Below the pieces are notes generated by a model. That model was not told the DNA's origin. It saw nothing but the letters and a program-made list of their open reading frames with translations, and made no database searches. From NCBI GenBank assembly GCA_023267735.1, contig JAHFMT010000001.1, forward strand, positions 1 through 38,260: a DNA stretch of 38,260 bases. Reading direction: 5' to 3'. Shown here in pieces: positions 1 through 10,369 of the stretch. Origin of the DNA: Candidatus Kaiserbacteria bacterium (lineage in GTDB: Bacteria > Patescibacteriota > Minisyncoccia > Phycocordibacterales > Phycocordibacteraceae). Position 1 is the stretch's first letter; each line of letters begins with the position of its first letter. The translations under genes were made by a program, and so were the position numbers.

Positions 1-321
1 ATAGAAGAGGGGAACGCGGCTGCAATTATTGCAGATTGGGAGAGCAATCCAGATTCATATATTCAGTACGGACTTCCTATGTTCCCTGGTGGTCGTCCGC
101 TCGTTATGCTGCTGCGTCTCACACGTAACTGCGCAGATCGCCAAATCACCCAGAAGGAAGCCATCATTAGTATACAAAGTAGGTACAGTGAAATGGGTGG
201 TAACCACTACCAAGAGCAGTGTGTGACCGACGGTACGCCTGATCAGTACTACGATGAAGCCGTGACCAGCATGCCGGTTATTGAAGTGCCTGAGGAAGAG
301 GATCCGGAGGAATCAGTCTAA
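1..321 (+). CDS. Hypothetical protein, C-terminal part (5'-truncated by window edge)
   Basis: Frame is open from base 1 (ATA GAA GAG...) to TAA at 319-321 and ends in an acidic tail. No recognisable motif. Confidence 0.7.
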   Translation: MEEGNAAAIIADWESNPDSYIQYGLPMFPGGRPLVMLLRLTRNCADRQITQKEAIISIQSRYSEMGGNHYQEQCVTDGTPDQYYDEAVTSMPVIEVPEEEDPEESV

Positions 322-348
322 AAGAGGACGCGGTGTTACTATGCCGCT

Positions 349-915
349 ATGCATCACAAATACAGCACGCGGGCGATAGTGCTCGCACGCCGCCCACTTG
401 CTGAGGCCAATATCCTGCTTGTGCTCCTTACTGACCTGCTTGGGTTAGTGATGGTGCGTGCACAGGGGTTGCGCAAAGGAAGTTCAAAGCTCGCACACGC
501 ACTGCAGACACTTTCTGAATCAAACATTATGTTGGTGCGTGGGCGGGAAGGGTGGCGTCTTACCGGAGCGATTCTGCAAGAGGCGCACGCAGGAAAAATG
601 ACGGCAGCAGCCCGTGCTCGTGCTGCACGAACTGCAGAACTTTTGTTTCGACTGGTTGGCGGTGAATCACACGACGAAGCATTCTTTAGCGTGTACCGTG
701 CGTTTATAGAAGCACTCCCTTCGCTCTCTGAAGAGCAGGCTGAGGTTGCAGAGATTCTTGCAGCACTGCGCATTCTTTCGGCACTTGGTCTTGATGCGGC
801 AGAACCAGAAGGCACCCTCACTGAGTACACCCCTGAAACGCTTGCGCGTGCACTCACAAAACGTACAGAACTCATTGCCCGCATTAATAGGGGAATTGCT
901 GCGTCAGGTCTCTAA
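349..915 (+). CDS. recO: DNA repair protein RecO (short form)
   Basis: N-terminal OB-fold pattern AIVLARRPLAEANILLVLLTDLLGLV..RAQGLRKGSSKL..ALQ typical of RecO_N, followed by a helical C-terminus. Confidence 0.85.
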   Translation: MHHKYSTRAIVLARRPLAEANILLVLLTDLLGLVMVRAQGLRKGSSKLAHALQTLSESNIMLVRGREGWRLTGAILQEAHAGKMTAAARARAARTAELLFRLVGGESHDEAFFSVYRAFIEALPSLSEEQAEVAEILAALRILSALGLDAAEPEGTLTEYTPETLARALTKRTELIARINRGIAASGL

Positions 916-938
916 GTACGCGGTATACTTGTTTGAGT

Positions 939-2840
939 ATGGCAGAGTCACATGATGAAGAGGGTGCGCTTGAAGCATTGCGCAAGCGCATGTATTCCCC
1001 TGAAGGAGTGACCGATCGTCCTCTTGATCGGGAGTTGCGAAAACGCACCCCCGGGCCCTCAAAAGGGTGGGAGAGGGCGGAGCCTGCTCCAGACACTATG
1101 AAAAAACACAGACACACCATGTCGGGCGCCGCAGTATTCTTTGCGGTTTCAGTACTCTTTTTCTTTATTGCTGCCGGTGTCTCGGCCTATCTGTTTTTAG
1201 CTGGTGGTCGTTCGGTATCAACCGATAACGTGATTATCTCGGTGCAGGGTCCAACCACTATTGCGGCAGGAGATACGGTGCCACTTTTAATTACGATTGA
1301 TAACAAGAATCCAGTACCGCTTACGGACGCAGAGTTTGTCGTAGCGTTTCCTGAAGGATCACGTTCTGCTGATGCGGTTACCGAACCTATCGCACGTTTT
1401 GCAGAGGGTATAGGACAAATAGCGCCAGGGGAGCGGGTTACCCGTACGGTACGGGTGGTGCTCTTTGGTGAAGAGCGACAAGTGCTTCCTATACCCATGA
1501 CCCTTTCATATCGTACGCAGGCATCAAATGCAGTCTTTGTGAAGGAAAAGAAATATGAGATTGCGATGACCTCGTCTCCGCTCTCCGTTTCGGTATCGTC
1601 ACTGTCTGAGATAAGTGTGGGACAGCCACTGACGTTTTCGGTACTGGTACGCTCAAATGCGTCAACGCCACTTGAGAATGTTGCACTTGCCACAGAGTAT
1701 CCGTTTGGGTTTACCGAAGCTGAAATGTCAGAGCCGGCACTTTCCCCAGGACTCTTTTCACTTGGTACCCTTGAGCCAGGTGCAGAAAAACGTTTTACCC
1801 TCACGGGTACCCTCACCGGTCTTGAAGGCGATGATCGGGTCTTCCGGTTCTCTGCAGGTACGGTGGATGGTTCAGGAAAGAAACTTGCGCTTTCATACAG
1901 TACGCGTCAGCAAGAGGTAAAAATCACCGCACCATTCCTTGCAACAAACCTTACCCTTGAGGGCTCCACAGATGACACTATCTCAGTGGCTCCTGGGGAA
2001 ACGGTGAATGGGGTACTTGCATTTGCGAACACGCTTGCGGGGCCAATACATGATGCAGAAATACGCATTGAACTTAGCGGGGATGCTATCGACCGTGAGA
2101 GTGTGCGCGTGAGTGGTGGGTCATATCTTTCTTCGCAGTCCTCAATTGTGTTTAATCAGGAAAGTAACCGGCAGCTGGCTGTGCTCCAGCCAGGAGATAA
2201 AGGAGACGCATCCTTCTCCTTTAAGGTACAGGATACGGCAGGTATTGGTTCACTTCGCAACCCAACCATTTCAGTACGTCTTTCCGTATCAGGTCGTCGG
2301 GTGTCTGAGCGAGATGTGCCTGAGCAGCTTGCGTCAACCGTGGTACGTACCGTGAAGGTTGCAAGCGGCATCGCACTTACCTCAGATGCCGTGCGTACGA
2401 TTGGGCCATTTGAAAACCAAGGACCATGGCCACCAACTCCTGATGTGGAGACGACCTACACCATTCGTCTTGGTGCAACAAACACCGTGAACAGTGTTGC
2501 TGACGCGGTAGTTACCACGACATTGCCATCCTATGTTCGCTTTACGAACATCACCTCGGCCACTACTGGTACAGTGACGTATGACGAAACCACCAGGGAA
2601 GTGAAGTGGAATTTGGGGGCACTCTCACCAGACGCCTCGGCCAGTGCCGCATTCCAAGTGGCACTTCTGCCAAGCATTTCTCAGCGCGGCGCCGCACCGA
2701 CCTTGGTGACGAACCAGACACTTACCGCCTTTGACCGGTTCGTTCAAAAGACGATCACGAGCACCGAAAACGCGCTCTCTACTCAGCTGCCTAACGATCC
2801 TGCATACCAGGCTGCATACGGCCCTGTGCGCGCAAATTAA
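939..2840 (+). CDS. Membrane-anchored extracellular protein with repeated Ig-like/DUF11-type beta domains
   Basis: Single TM helix (AAVFFAVSVLFFFIAAGVSAYLFL), then repeated beta-rich units (PGE/GQ..V.L...N, LG.L.PG). ATG 939 follows a TATACT box. Confidence 0.75.
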   Translation: MAESHDEEGALEALRKRMYSPEGVTDRPLDRELRKRTPGPSKGWERAEPAPDTMKKHRHTMSGAAVFFAVSVLFFFIAAGVSAYLFLAGGRSVSTDNVIISVQGPTTIAAGDTVPLLITIDNKNPVPLTDAEFVVAFPEGSRSADAVTEPIARFAEGIGQIAPGERVTRTVRVVLFGEERQVLPIPMTLSYRTQASNAVFVKEKKYEIAMTSSPLSVSVSSLSEISVGQPLTFSVLVRSNASTPLENVALATEYPFGFTEAEMSEPALSPGLFSLGTLEPGAEKRFTLTGTLTGLEGDDRVFRFSAGTVDGSGKKLALSYSTRQQEVKITAPFLATNLTLEGSTDDTISVAPGETVNGVLAFANTLAGPIHDAEIRIELSGDAIDRESVRVSGGSYLSSQSSIVFNQESNRQLAVLQPGDKGDASFSFKVQDTAGIGSLRNPTISVRLSVSGRRVSERDVPEQLASTVVRTVKVASGIALTSDAVRTIGPFENQGPWPPTPDVETTYTIRLGATNTVNSVADAVVTTTLPSYVRFTNITSATTGTVTYDETTREVKWNLGALSPDASASAAFQVALLPSISQRGAAPTLVTNQTLTAFDRFVQKTITSTENALSTQLPNDPAYQAAYGPVRAN

Positions 2841-2873
2841 CGATTTTCTCGTATTCTGGTACTATACGTTTCT

Positions 2874-4223
2874 ATGGAAACCACCCCAGTCACAATGGAA
2901 AAAATAGTTTCACTGGCAAAGCGCAAGGGCTTCATCTATCCAGGCTCTGAGATATATGGCGGTCTTGCTGGTACCTACGACTATGGCCCACACGGCGTGG
3001 CGCTTAAGAACAACATAAAGACACTGTGGTGGAAGACGTTCGTATCTGACCGTGATGATATGTACGGCATTGATGCTGCCATTTTAATGAATCCAAAGGC
3101 GTGGGAAGCGTCGGGGCACGTTGCTGGCTTCTCCGATCCGTTGGTTGAGTGCAGTGCCTGCAAGGGACGTTTTCGTGCAGATCATCTTGAAGACAAAAAC
3201 ACCTGCCCATCGTGCGGAAAGAAGGGGACACTTGGTGAGGCGCGTCAGTTCAACATGATGTTCAAGACAAAGGCAGGCGCTGCAGATGATGATTCAGCAA
3301 CCGTATACCTTCGTCCTGAAACTGCCGGTGGCATGTTTGTAAACTTCAAGAACGTGGTGGACTCTTTCCATCCGAAGCTGCCATTTGGTCTGGCGCAGAT
3401 AGGGAAGGCATTTCGTAATGAGATTGCACCGCGTGATTTCATTTTCCGCTTGCGTGAATTGGAACAGATGGAGATAGAGTATTTTGTTGATCCCCGTAAT
3501 GCTGATGCGGTGAATGCTATCTTTGACGCATGGTTTGATCGTCAAATTGCGTTTCTTAAGCTACTTGGTCTTACCGAAAGCAAGATGCACAAGATAGATG
3601 TGCCTGCAGAGGACCGTGCCCACTACAGCAAACGCAGTGTTGATACGGAGTTTGATTTCCCGTTTGGTCAGAAAGAACTTCTTGGTCTTGCGTATCGTAC
3701 TGACTTTGATCTTTCGGCACACGCAAAGATGTCTGGTGAGAACCTCACGTATCTTGATGAAGAGACTAAGGAGAAGTTCGTGCCGCACTGCATTGAGCCA
3801 ACGTTCGGTCTTGATCGTTTGGTGCTTGCAGTACTTGCTGATGCGTACCGTGAAGACGAGCTTGGTGGGGAAGTGCGTACCTATCTCGCGTTGTCACCGC
3901 GTGTTGCCCCGATAAAGGCAATGGTATCGCCACTCCTTAAGAACAAGCCGGAGCTGGTGGCTAAGGCTGAAGAGGTGCGCAAAGCGCTTCGTACGGTACA
4001 TCCTGCTATTGCGTGGGATGATAACGGAAACATTGGTAAGCGGTATCGTCGTCAGGATGAAATTGGTACACCGTTTTGTGTCACCATAGACTTTGATACT
4101 CTCGGTGAGACGCCAGAACTCAAGGATACGGTAACGCTTCGTCATCGTGATACCGGTGCGCAAGAACGTGTCACTGTCGCTGAAGCCGCTGCGCGGATAC
4201 GGGAGGCCTGCGTGGTAGGATAA
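2874..4223 (+). CDS. glyQS: Glycine--tRNA ligase, alpha2 (GlyRS-1) type
   Basis: EIYGG..G.YDYGP.G, YLRPETA.G.F.NF, AQIGKAFRNEI.PR.FIFR.RE.EQME.E, IEP.FG.DR, IGKRYRRQDEIGTP. Confidence 0.97.
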   Translation: METTPVTMEKIVSLAKRKGFIYPGSEIYGGLAGTYDYGPHGVALKNNIKTLWWKTFVSDRDDMYGIDAAILMNPKAWEASGHVAGFSDPLVECSACKGRFRADHLEDKNTCPSCGKKGTLGEARQFNMMFKTKAGAADDDSATVYLRPETAGGMFVNFKNVVDSFHPKLPFGLAQIGKAFRNEIAPRDFIFRLRELEQMEIEYFVDPRNADAVNAIFDAWFDRQIAFLKLLGLTESKMHKIDVPAEDRAHYSKRSVDTEFDFPFGQKELLGLAYRTDFDLSAHAKMSGENLTYLDEETKEKFVPHCIEPTFGLDRLVLAVLADAYREDELGGEVRTYLALSPRVAPIKAMVSPLLKNKPELVAKAEEVRKALRTVHPAIAWDDNGNIGKRYRRQDEIGTPFCVTIDFDTLGETPELKDTVTLRHRDTGAQERVTVAEAAARIREACVVG

Positions 4224-4227
4224 CGGT

Positions 4228-5280
4228 ATGGATAAGAAGCTCATCGCCATCACTCCGGGCACCCTAGTCACGGTGTTGGTTGTTGCGGTGTCTGCGTTCG
4301 CACTCTGGATCTTGCGTGACCTTCTCTTGCTGGTGCTTGCAGCGGTGGTGATTGCCTCAGCTATTGAGCCGGGTGTGCAGTTCTTCATACGTCACCGCTT
4401 GCCTCGTATTCTCTCAGTACTGCTTATGTACGTGGCAGTGTTTGGTTCCGTTGCCACGATTGCATACTTCTTTCTCCCGCCAATTATTGATGATTTGCAG
4501 GGGTTGGTGGCGTCTGCACCACAGTACGTACAGGCGCTCGCTCCAGAGCAGGGTCTTGGTACTGAACAGGCACTTCTTGCAACCAGTGCAGGTGGGGAAG
4601 CACAGTCATTCGTAAACACACTGCTGCAGTTTAGAAGTGCCTTCGCGGACACCTCAGGCGGTCTGCTCCGTCTCTTTGCAACATTCTTCGGTGGTATTTT
4701 CTCATTTTTCTTAGTGGTGATGTTGTCGTTCTATTTTGCGCTTCAGGAGACAACGGTGACGGACTTTTTGCGCATTGTGACTCCTGCAAGGCATGAGGAG
4801 TATGTGCTTGATCTCTGGCGCCGGGCCCACAAGAAAATTGGGTTGTGGATGCAAGGTCAGGTCGTCCTTTCTCTTATCGTGGGTGTATTGGTATATCTTG
4901 GTCTGCTTATCGCCGGAGTGCCGTATGCACTGCTTATCGCAGTTATTACTTCTATGTGCGATCTCATCCCAGTATTCGGGTCCATTGTTGCAGGTGTGCT
5001 CGGGGTGGCTGTAGCACTGGCACATGGTGGTATCCCGCTTGCTCTTATCGCTGCAGGTCTCTATCTCATCATCAATCAGTTTGAATCAAACCTCATTTAT
5101 CCGCTCGTAGTGAAGAAGGTGGTGGGTCTCTCTCCAGTGCTCGTGATTCTTGCGATTATTGCAGGAGGTACCCTTGCTGGATTCCTTGGTGTGCTTCTTT
5201 CCATTCCGGTTGCAGCAGCGTTGCAAGAGTTTGTGACTGACATGGACAAGAAGAAGCGCCACGCGCATTCGCGCAGCTAA
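4228..5280 (+). CDS. AI-2E family transporter (PerM/UPF0118)
   Basis: 350-aa polytopic membrane protein with W..GQ, IPVFG and NQFESNLIYP.V....VGLSP....GG.L.G.LG.LLSIP motifs. Confidence 0.9.
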   Translation: MDKKLIAITPGTLVTVLVVAVSAFALWILRDLLLLVLAAVVIASAIEPGVQFFIRHRLPRILSVLLMYVAVFGSVATIAYFFLPPIIDDLQGLVASAPQYVQALAPEQGLGTEQALLATSAGGEAQSFVNTLLQFRSAFADTSGGLLRLFATFFGGIFSFFLVVMLSFYFALQETTVTDFLRIVTPARHEEYVLDLWRRAHKKIGLWMQGQVVLSLIVGVLVYLGLLIAGVPYALLIAVITSMCDLIPVFGSIVAGVLGVAVALAHGGIPLALIAAGLYLIINQFESNLIYPLVVKKVVGLSPVLVILAIIAGGTLAGFLGVLLSIPVAAALQEFVTDMDKKKRHAHSRS

Positions 5281-5285
5281 CTAGT

Positions 5286-6704
5286 ATGAGTGCGCGCTAC
5301 ATTACCACTGCATTGCCATACGTTAATGCAAAGCCGCATTTAGGGCACGCGCTTGAGGCTGTTGCTGCTGATGCCTATGCACGTAGTCTGCGCTTGGCAG
5401 GGGAGGAAGTGTTTTTCAATGTGGGCACTGATGAGCATGGCGCAAAGATTCTTGCCAAGGCAGAAGAGGCGGGCGTGTCTCCTAAGGCATACACTGACGG
5501 GTTCGCGGCAATATTCAAAGCATTTTATGACCGCCTGAACGTCTCATATGACTCATTTATTCGTACCACTGATCCGCACCATATACAGGCAGCACAGGAG
5601 TTTTGGAAGCGGTGTGACGCAGTAGGAGATATATACAAAGCAGCATATGAGGTGAAGTACTGCACGGGCTGTGAGCTTGAAAAGACTGACTCTGAGCTCG
5701 TAGACGGACGTTGCCCACTGCACGCGAATCAAGAGATTGATATACGCACTGAAGAAAACTACTATTTCCGATTCTCAAAGTATCAAGACGCATTGCTTGC
5801 ACGCTACAATGCTTCACCAGCGTTTGTTATTCCTGCAGAACGTCAAAATGAAATACGTTCATTTGTACAGAGTGGCTTGAAGGACTTTAGTATTTCCCGT
5901 CCACGCGAGAAGCTTTCATGGGGCGTGCCAGTGCCAGGGGATGAGACGCAGACTATGTATGTGTGGTTTGATGCGCTCGTAAACTACGTATCCGTCATTG
6001 GCTGGCCTGAAAATCAGGACATGTTTTCGAAATGGTGGCCGGTGACGCAGTTTGCAGGGAAGGACAATCTCCGTCAGCAGTCTGCCATGTGGCAGGCCAT
6101 GTTGCTTTCCGCAGGACTTCCGTTTTCAAAAGAAATATATACGCACGGATACCTTATTTCTGGTGGGCAGAAGATGTCTAAGTCGCTCGGGAATGTTATT
6201 GACCCAATGACTATTGTTGAGCGCTACGGTACCGACACACTTCGCTACGTGCTCTTGCGTCACGCACACCCCTTTGAGGACTCTGACATTACTGAAGCAA
6301 GTATTGCTGAGTGGTATACCGCAAACCTAGTGAATGGGCTGGGGAACCTTGTTGCGCGCGTCATGAAGCTTGCGGAGACCCATCTAGCAGCTCCAGTACA
6401 TACAGAGGACAAACCACTGCCATCAGAGTTTGTGGCGCCGATAGAACACTTTGAATTCCAGAAGGCGATTGATTCTGTGTGGGCACGTATACAGGCAGCC
6501 GATGAGCGCATTACTAAAGAAGAACCGTTCAAGCTAGTGAAGGTTGATGCTGAAAAAGGGAAACAATGTATCCGTGAACTTACCGAAGAGGTGTACGGCA
6601 TCGCATGCACGCTTGCGCCGTTTATGCCCGCTACCAGTAATCTCATACAGGCTGCGGTGAAGGAGAATAAGAAACCTGAGAATCTTTTTCCTCGTCTATC
6701 GTGA
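5286..6704 (+). CDS. metG: Methionine--tRNA ligase (short, no C-terminal tRNA-binding domain)
   Basis: YITTALPYVNAKPHLGH, GTDEHG.KI, FIRTT, YVWFDAL.NY and KMSKSLGNV. The TGA stop overlaps the tatD GTG. Confidence 0.97.
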   Translation: MSARYITTALPYVNAKPHLGHALEAVAADAYARSLRLAGEEVFFNVGTDEHGAKILAKAEEAGVSPKAYTDGFAAIFKAFYDRLNVSYDSFIRTTDPHHIQAAQEFWKRCDAVGDIYKAAYEVKYCTGCELEKTDSELVDGRCPLHANQEIDIRTEENYYFRFSKYQDALLARYNASPAFVIPAERQNEIRSFVQSGLKDFSISRPREKLSWGVPVPGDETQTMYVWFDALVNYVSVIGWPENQDMFSKWWPVTQFAGKDNLRQQSAMWQAMLLSAGLPFSKEIYTHGYLISGGQKMSKSLGNVIDPMTIVERYGTDTLRYVLLRHAHPFEDSDITEASIAEWYTANLVNGLGNLVARVMKLAETHLAAPVHTEDKPLPSEFVAPIEHFEFQKAIDSVWARIQAADERITKEEPFKLVKVDAEKGKQCIRELTEEVYGIACTLAPFMPATSNLIQAAVKENKKPENLFPRLS

Positions 6705-7495
6705 AGTATTTTGATGCACACTGTCACGTGCAATTTGATGACTACGACGTAGATCGTGATGCGCTTATTGCACACATGCAAGAAGAAGGTGTTGGTGGGG
6801 TAGTGGTTGGTATTGATCGTGCGTCATCAGAAGCAGCACGTGCACTCGTGCAAAACCATCCGCATTTGTATTCATCTGTCGGATTGCATCCAAACTACGA
6901 AACTCAAGAATCATTTGATGAGGCACACGTACTTTCACTCCTTGCCGATCCGAAGGTGGTAGCGGTGGGTGAGTGCGGGTTGGATTACTATCGTCCCGCG
7001 GAGGTGACTGATGAATTGAAGCATGCACAGAAGGCGCTGTTTGAGCAACACGTAGAGGTTGCGGCAAAGACCGGTACGCCACTTATTGTGCATGGACGTC
7101 CTGCAAAGGGCACCATGGATGCGTACAAAGATATTATCGATATTCTTTCGTCTAAAAAGAAAGAATATGGAGACCAGCTTCGCGGGGACATACATTTCTT
7201 TGTAGGTGGCATAGCAGAGGCGCGGGCACTCATAGACCTTGATTTTACCGTCTCATTCACCGCCGTGGTTACCTTTGCTCGTGACTATGACGACGTGGTG
7301 CGTTTTGTGCCGCTCACCCACATACTATCTGAGACCGATGCTCCATATGTTGCCCCCGCGCCTCGTCGCGGCAAACGCAACGACCCCTTGGCAGTTATTG
7401 ATGTGGTGCGTGCCCTGGCGGGTATCCGTGGGGAAGAGGAGGGTTTGGTGCAGGCCGCTTTGGTAGATAACGCAATGCGGCTATTTCGTATATAG
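6701..7495 (+). CDS. tatD: TatD family hydrolase/nuclease
   Basis: DAHCH, GLHP, VGECGLDY, ETDAPY..P.P.RGKRN.P. The metG-tatD adjacency is common. Confidence 0.95.
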   Translation: MKYFDAHCHVQFDDYDVDRDALIAHMQEEGVGGVVVGIDRASSEAARALVQNHPHLYSSVGLHPNYETQESFDEAHVLSLLADPKVVAVGECGLDYYRPAEVTDELKHAQKALFEQHVEVAAKTGTPLIVHGRPAKGTMDAYKDIIDILSSKKKEYGDQLRGDIHFFVGGIAEARALIDLDFTVSFTAVVTFARDYDDVVRFVPLTHILSETDAPYVAPAPRRGKRNDPLAVIDVVRALAGIRGEEEGLVQAALVDNAMRLFRI

Positions 7496-7567
7496 CCCCA
7501 AGTGGGTGGTACAATTTTGCCCAGGCAAGTTCTATACAACCTGTTGTAACCAAGGGAGACCACGTAC

Positions 7568-8101
7568 ATGAATGCACACGCAACCCATCTGCGTGACCTG
7601 TTCAAGCAGATGTTTCTGCCCGATAAGGAGAATCCGGAAACGGCAATGCTCCGTCAGGACAATAAGTGGCAGGAGTGGCTCGAGAAGGATCCCAATCCTG
7701 AGCAAAGCCTGCTTGATCTTCGGCGTGGCGCAGAGATGCGCTCGGCGGATTTCGTGGCAAGGTCGTTCGCGGTACTGCTGGCCCCACGGGGAGATCTGGT
7801 GCCGTTTTTCGTACCGCCGAAGGTGGCGCTCCTTGGTGAGCGCCCACTGCACGAGCTCGAGCACCTCTTCGCATCACCGAAAACGCGGCTGTCCGCACTT
7901 ACGTTCGCGACGCAGGTGCTCGTGAGCGGGTATCGCGCAGCTGAGGAGGGGGAGTACCTTTCTGAGGCTCTGGTTGAGCGATACGCACTTCTGCTGCCCA
8001 AGGCGCTTCGGTTCCTGTCGTTGGGAAACAGTCTCGCAAACCAGGTGCTCGATTGTCATGAGCGCAATGAAGCGCTGCGTGAGCACTCCCTGGCTCACTA
8101 A
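7568..8101 (+). CDS. Hypothetical protein
   Basis: 177-aa ATG ORF that fills the gap between an extended -10 (TGgTACAAT 7507-7515) and a terminator at 8121-8148. No recognisable motif. Confidence 0.6.
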   Translation: MNAHATHLRDLFKQMFLPDKENPETAMLRQDNKWQEWLEKDPNPEQSLLDLRRGAEMRSADFVARSFAVLLAPRGDLVPFFVPPKVALLGERPLHELEHLFASPKTRLSALTFATQVLVSGYRAAEEGEYLSEALVERYALLLPKALRFLSLGNSLANQVLDCHERNEALREHSLAH

Positions 8102-8120
8102 CCTGCAGAAAGGGCAGGAC

Positions 8121-8150
8121 AAAACGGTTCCCTCGGGGGCCGTTTTTCGT
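8121..8150 (+). terminator. Intrinsic terminator
   Basis: AAAACGGTTCC...GGGCCGTTTT hairpin with T tract. Confidence 0.7.
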
Positions 8151-8200
8151 TTCTTTCCCGTTTTGACTTACAGAATAGGGAATGGTACGATGCCCCCACT

Positions 8201-8698
8201 ATGGCTCGAAAGACCAAAGAAGTAACTGCAGACGAGATGGAGACGCGTGATGAAGATCAGGCGGAGGTTCGTGTATACGAACTCGGTTTCCATATTGATC
8301 CAGAACTTCCTTCCGAGGAGGTAAAGAAGGTGTATGAGGGTGTACGTGCCATTGTTGCAGGTGCGGGCACTGTTGTTGCTGAAAACGCTCCAATGAAGGT
8401 CCAGCTTGCCTACACTATCTCCAAGTCTGATACTGCTGGCCGTCGTGATTTTGATACCGCATTCTTTGCATGGATTGCATATGAGGCAAACGGTGAGGGT
8501 CATGAGGCAGTGCTTGCTGCCGCTCGTGAGGAAGGCCGTATATTCCGCCACATAGACCTCCGTACCACCAAGGAGCAGGCGCTCCATATGGCTGAAATGG
8601 CCCAGCTTGCCGCTACAGCCGCGGCAGAGGCACCCCAGGAGGCCGATGAGGTCTCAGATGCGGAGCTCTCCGCAGCCATTGAGGAAGCCGCGGTATAA
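8201..8698 (+). CDS. rpsF: 30S ribosomal protein S6
   Basis: VYELGFHIDPEL, LAYTI.K, F..AFF.W and an acidic tail. First gene of the rpsF-ssb-rpsR cluster. Confidence 0.9.
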   Translation: MARKTKEVTADEMETRDEDQAEVRVYELGFHIDPELPSEEVKKVYEGVRAIVAGAGTVVAENAPMKVQLAYTISKSDTAGRRDFDTAFFAWIAYEANGEGHEAVLAAAREEGRIFRHIDLRTTKEQALHMAEMAQLAATAAAEAPQEADEVSDAELSAAIEEAAV

Positions 8699-8774
8699 GC
8701 CGCGGTTTTTTCTTTCCTGTAGTACAATAGCGGGGTCGGAGTGCCCGGCGCACCATTCATTATTTCACTAGCCT

Positions 8775-9224
8775 ATGTATCTCAACAAAGTATTCCTGTA
8801 CGGTAACCTTACTCGCGATCCTGAAGCCAAAGGGCTTCCTTCAGGTGGGCAAGTAGTGAGCTTCAGTATTGCCACTAACCGTACGTATAAGGACAAAATG
8901 GGCGCTAAGCAGGAACAGGTGGAGTACCACAACATTGTTGCCTTTGGTCGCACTGCAGAGGTCATGGCCCAGTACCTTAAGAAGGGCCGCCCCGTGTTTG
9001 TTGAAGGTCGTATACAGACCCGTTCATGGGACGATAAGGAGACGGGGAAGAAGAACTACCGAACTGAGGTTATCGTAGAGAACTTCCAGTTCGGTGCCCA
9101 GGGGGCAGCGGGGGCAGGGTCTCATGCGCCTGCGCATACTGAGGAGCCAGCTGAAGCCGGATCTTCTGAGGGTAGTATCCAGTATCCTGAGGAGGAGATA
9201 AATCCTGAGGATATACCGTTCTAG
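8775..9224 (+). CDS. ssb: Single-stranded DNA-binding protein
   Basis: LNKVFLYGNLTRDPE, FSIATNR, VEGRIQTRSW and C-terminal EDIPF. Confidence 0.98.
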   Translation: MYLNKVFLYGNLTRDPEAKGLPSGGQVVSFSIATNRTYKDKMGAKQEQVEYHNIVAFGRTAEVMAQYLKKGRPVFVEGRIQTRSWDDKETGKKNYRTEVIVENFQFGAQGAAGAGSHAPAHTEEPAEAGSSEGSIQYPEEEINPEDIPF

Positions 9225-9262
9225 TTGCATTTTTTAGGCATTTCGGGCATACTGCTCCCACT

Positions 9263-9469
9263 ATGGCTCACCAAGCAGAACGCGAAGAAATCGAGGCACG
9301 CAAGTTCGTGGATTATAAGGACGTGGCATACCTCCGCCAGTTTACGAACCCATACTCAAAGATTGTGTCTCGTAAGCGCACTGGTCTTTCCGCTGAACGC
9401 CAGCGCGAAGTAACGAGTGCTATCAAGCGCGCTCGCTTCATGGCGCTTATCCCGTACATCACGGCGTAA
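9263..9469 (+). CDS. rpsR: 30S ribosomal protein S18 (cysteine-free form)
   Basis: VDYKDV..LRQF, KI.SRKRTG, QR.V..AIKRARFMALIPY. Confidence 0.96.
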   Translation: MAHQAEREEIEARKFVDYKDVAYLRQFTNPYSKIVSRKRTGLSAERQREVTSAIKRARFMALIPYITA

Positions 9470-9480
9470 CGCGAGTAGAT

Positions 9481-9522
9481 ATAACAGAAAAGCCCCGCAT
9501 TCTAGTGGGGCTTTTCTGTTAT
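9481..9522. terminator. Bidirectional intrinsic terminator after rpsR
   Basis: ATAACAGAAAAGCCCCGC / GTGGGGCTTTTCTGTTAT inverted repeat. Confidence 0.8.
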
Positions 9523-9562
9523 ATACTTACTAGCGTAACAAATTAAAGATTAAACCTGATTT

Positions 9563-10369
9563 ATGAGACGCGCCCTTGTGCTCTTTATTGCCCTTGCGCT
9601 CCCCTTTGCTGCTGGGGCACAGACCACCACTCCAACCCTGCCTGATCCTGGAATGCTTCCAGACAGTCCGTTGTATTTCCTTAAATCATGGGGCGAAGGT
9701 CTCGGGACAATCTTCACCTTCAATGCTGAGAAAAAAGTAAATCGCTTGGTCCATCTCGCCGGTGTCCGACTCGCTGAATACGAGAAGCTTGTACAGGAAG
9801 GTAAGACTGAGATTGCTAACCAAGCGCTCAAGCGATATGAGGAAAGTGTTGACCGGACAAACGAACGAGCAGAGGCGATAAAAGATCGTGCACCGGAAGT
9901 CCAGAAGCACGTCGCAGAAGTAATAAAAATACAGCATACGATTTTGGAACAGGGAACTGAACAGGTCCCTGAGCCCGCCCACTCGGCAAACGCTCGTCCT
10001 GAAGAGGCAGGTGCTAAAGAAAAACAGGTTCCAGAATCTGGAGTCTCAGTATCTATCGTTTCTCCTGCAGATGGTATAACTATAGGTCTCGGAAAAACAA
10101 CACTCTTCTCTGCCGAAGCGCACGGTGGTTCAGAAAAGTATCACTATGTCTGGAATTTTTCTGATGGCACCGGTCCACGATACGATTTGAGCAGTTATAA
10201 GGGAAATACTAACAGTATTTCATACTCCTTTGATCGCGTCGGTACATATACGGTGACCGTAACAGCGTCCGACTCAAACGGGGTAACGGCAACCGCTCAA
10301 AACAAAGTTTCTGTTTTTGAATTCTCTTCAAAAACGCCTGGAGGAATAAAAGGTGATATAGAACAATAA
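9563..10369 (+). CDS. Secreted DUF5667-type protein with C-terminal PKD domain
   Basis: Signal peptide, PGMLPDSPLYFLK.W.E (DUF5667 signature) and PKD motifs Y.WNFSDG and YSF...GTYTVTVTASDS.G. Confidence 0.85.
   Translation: MRRALVLFIALALPFAAGAQTTTPTLPDPGMLPDSPLYFLKSWGEGLGTIFTFNAEKKVNRLVHLAGVRLAEYEKLVQEGKTEIANQALKRYEESVDRTNERAEAIKDRAPEVQKHVAEVIKIQHTILEQGTEQVPEPAHSANARPEEAGAKEKQVPESGVSVSIVSPADGITIGLGKTTLFSAEAHGGSEKYHYVWNFSDGTGPRYDLSSYKGNTNSISYSFDRVGTYTVTVTASDSNGVTATAQNKVSVFEFSSKTPGGIKGDIEQ

Noticed and set aside
6701-6704. UGA recoding (genetic code 25)
   Set aside because: TGA ends metG and ftsK at the expected positions in GTGA/ATGA overlaps, and conserved genes are full length under code 11.
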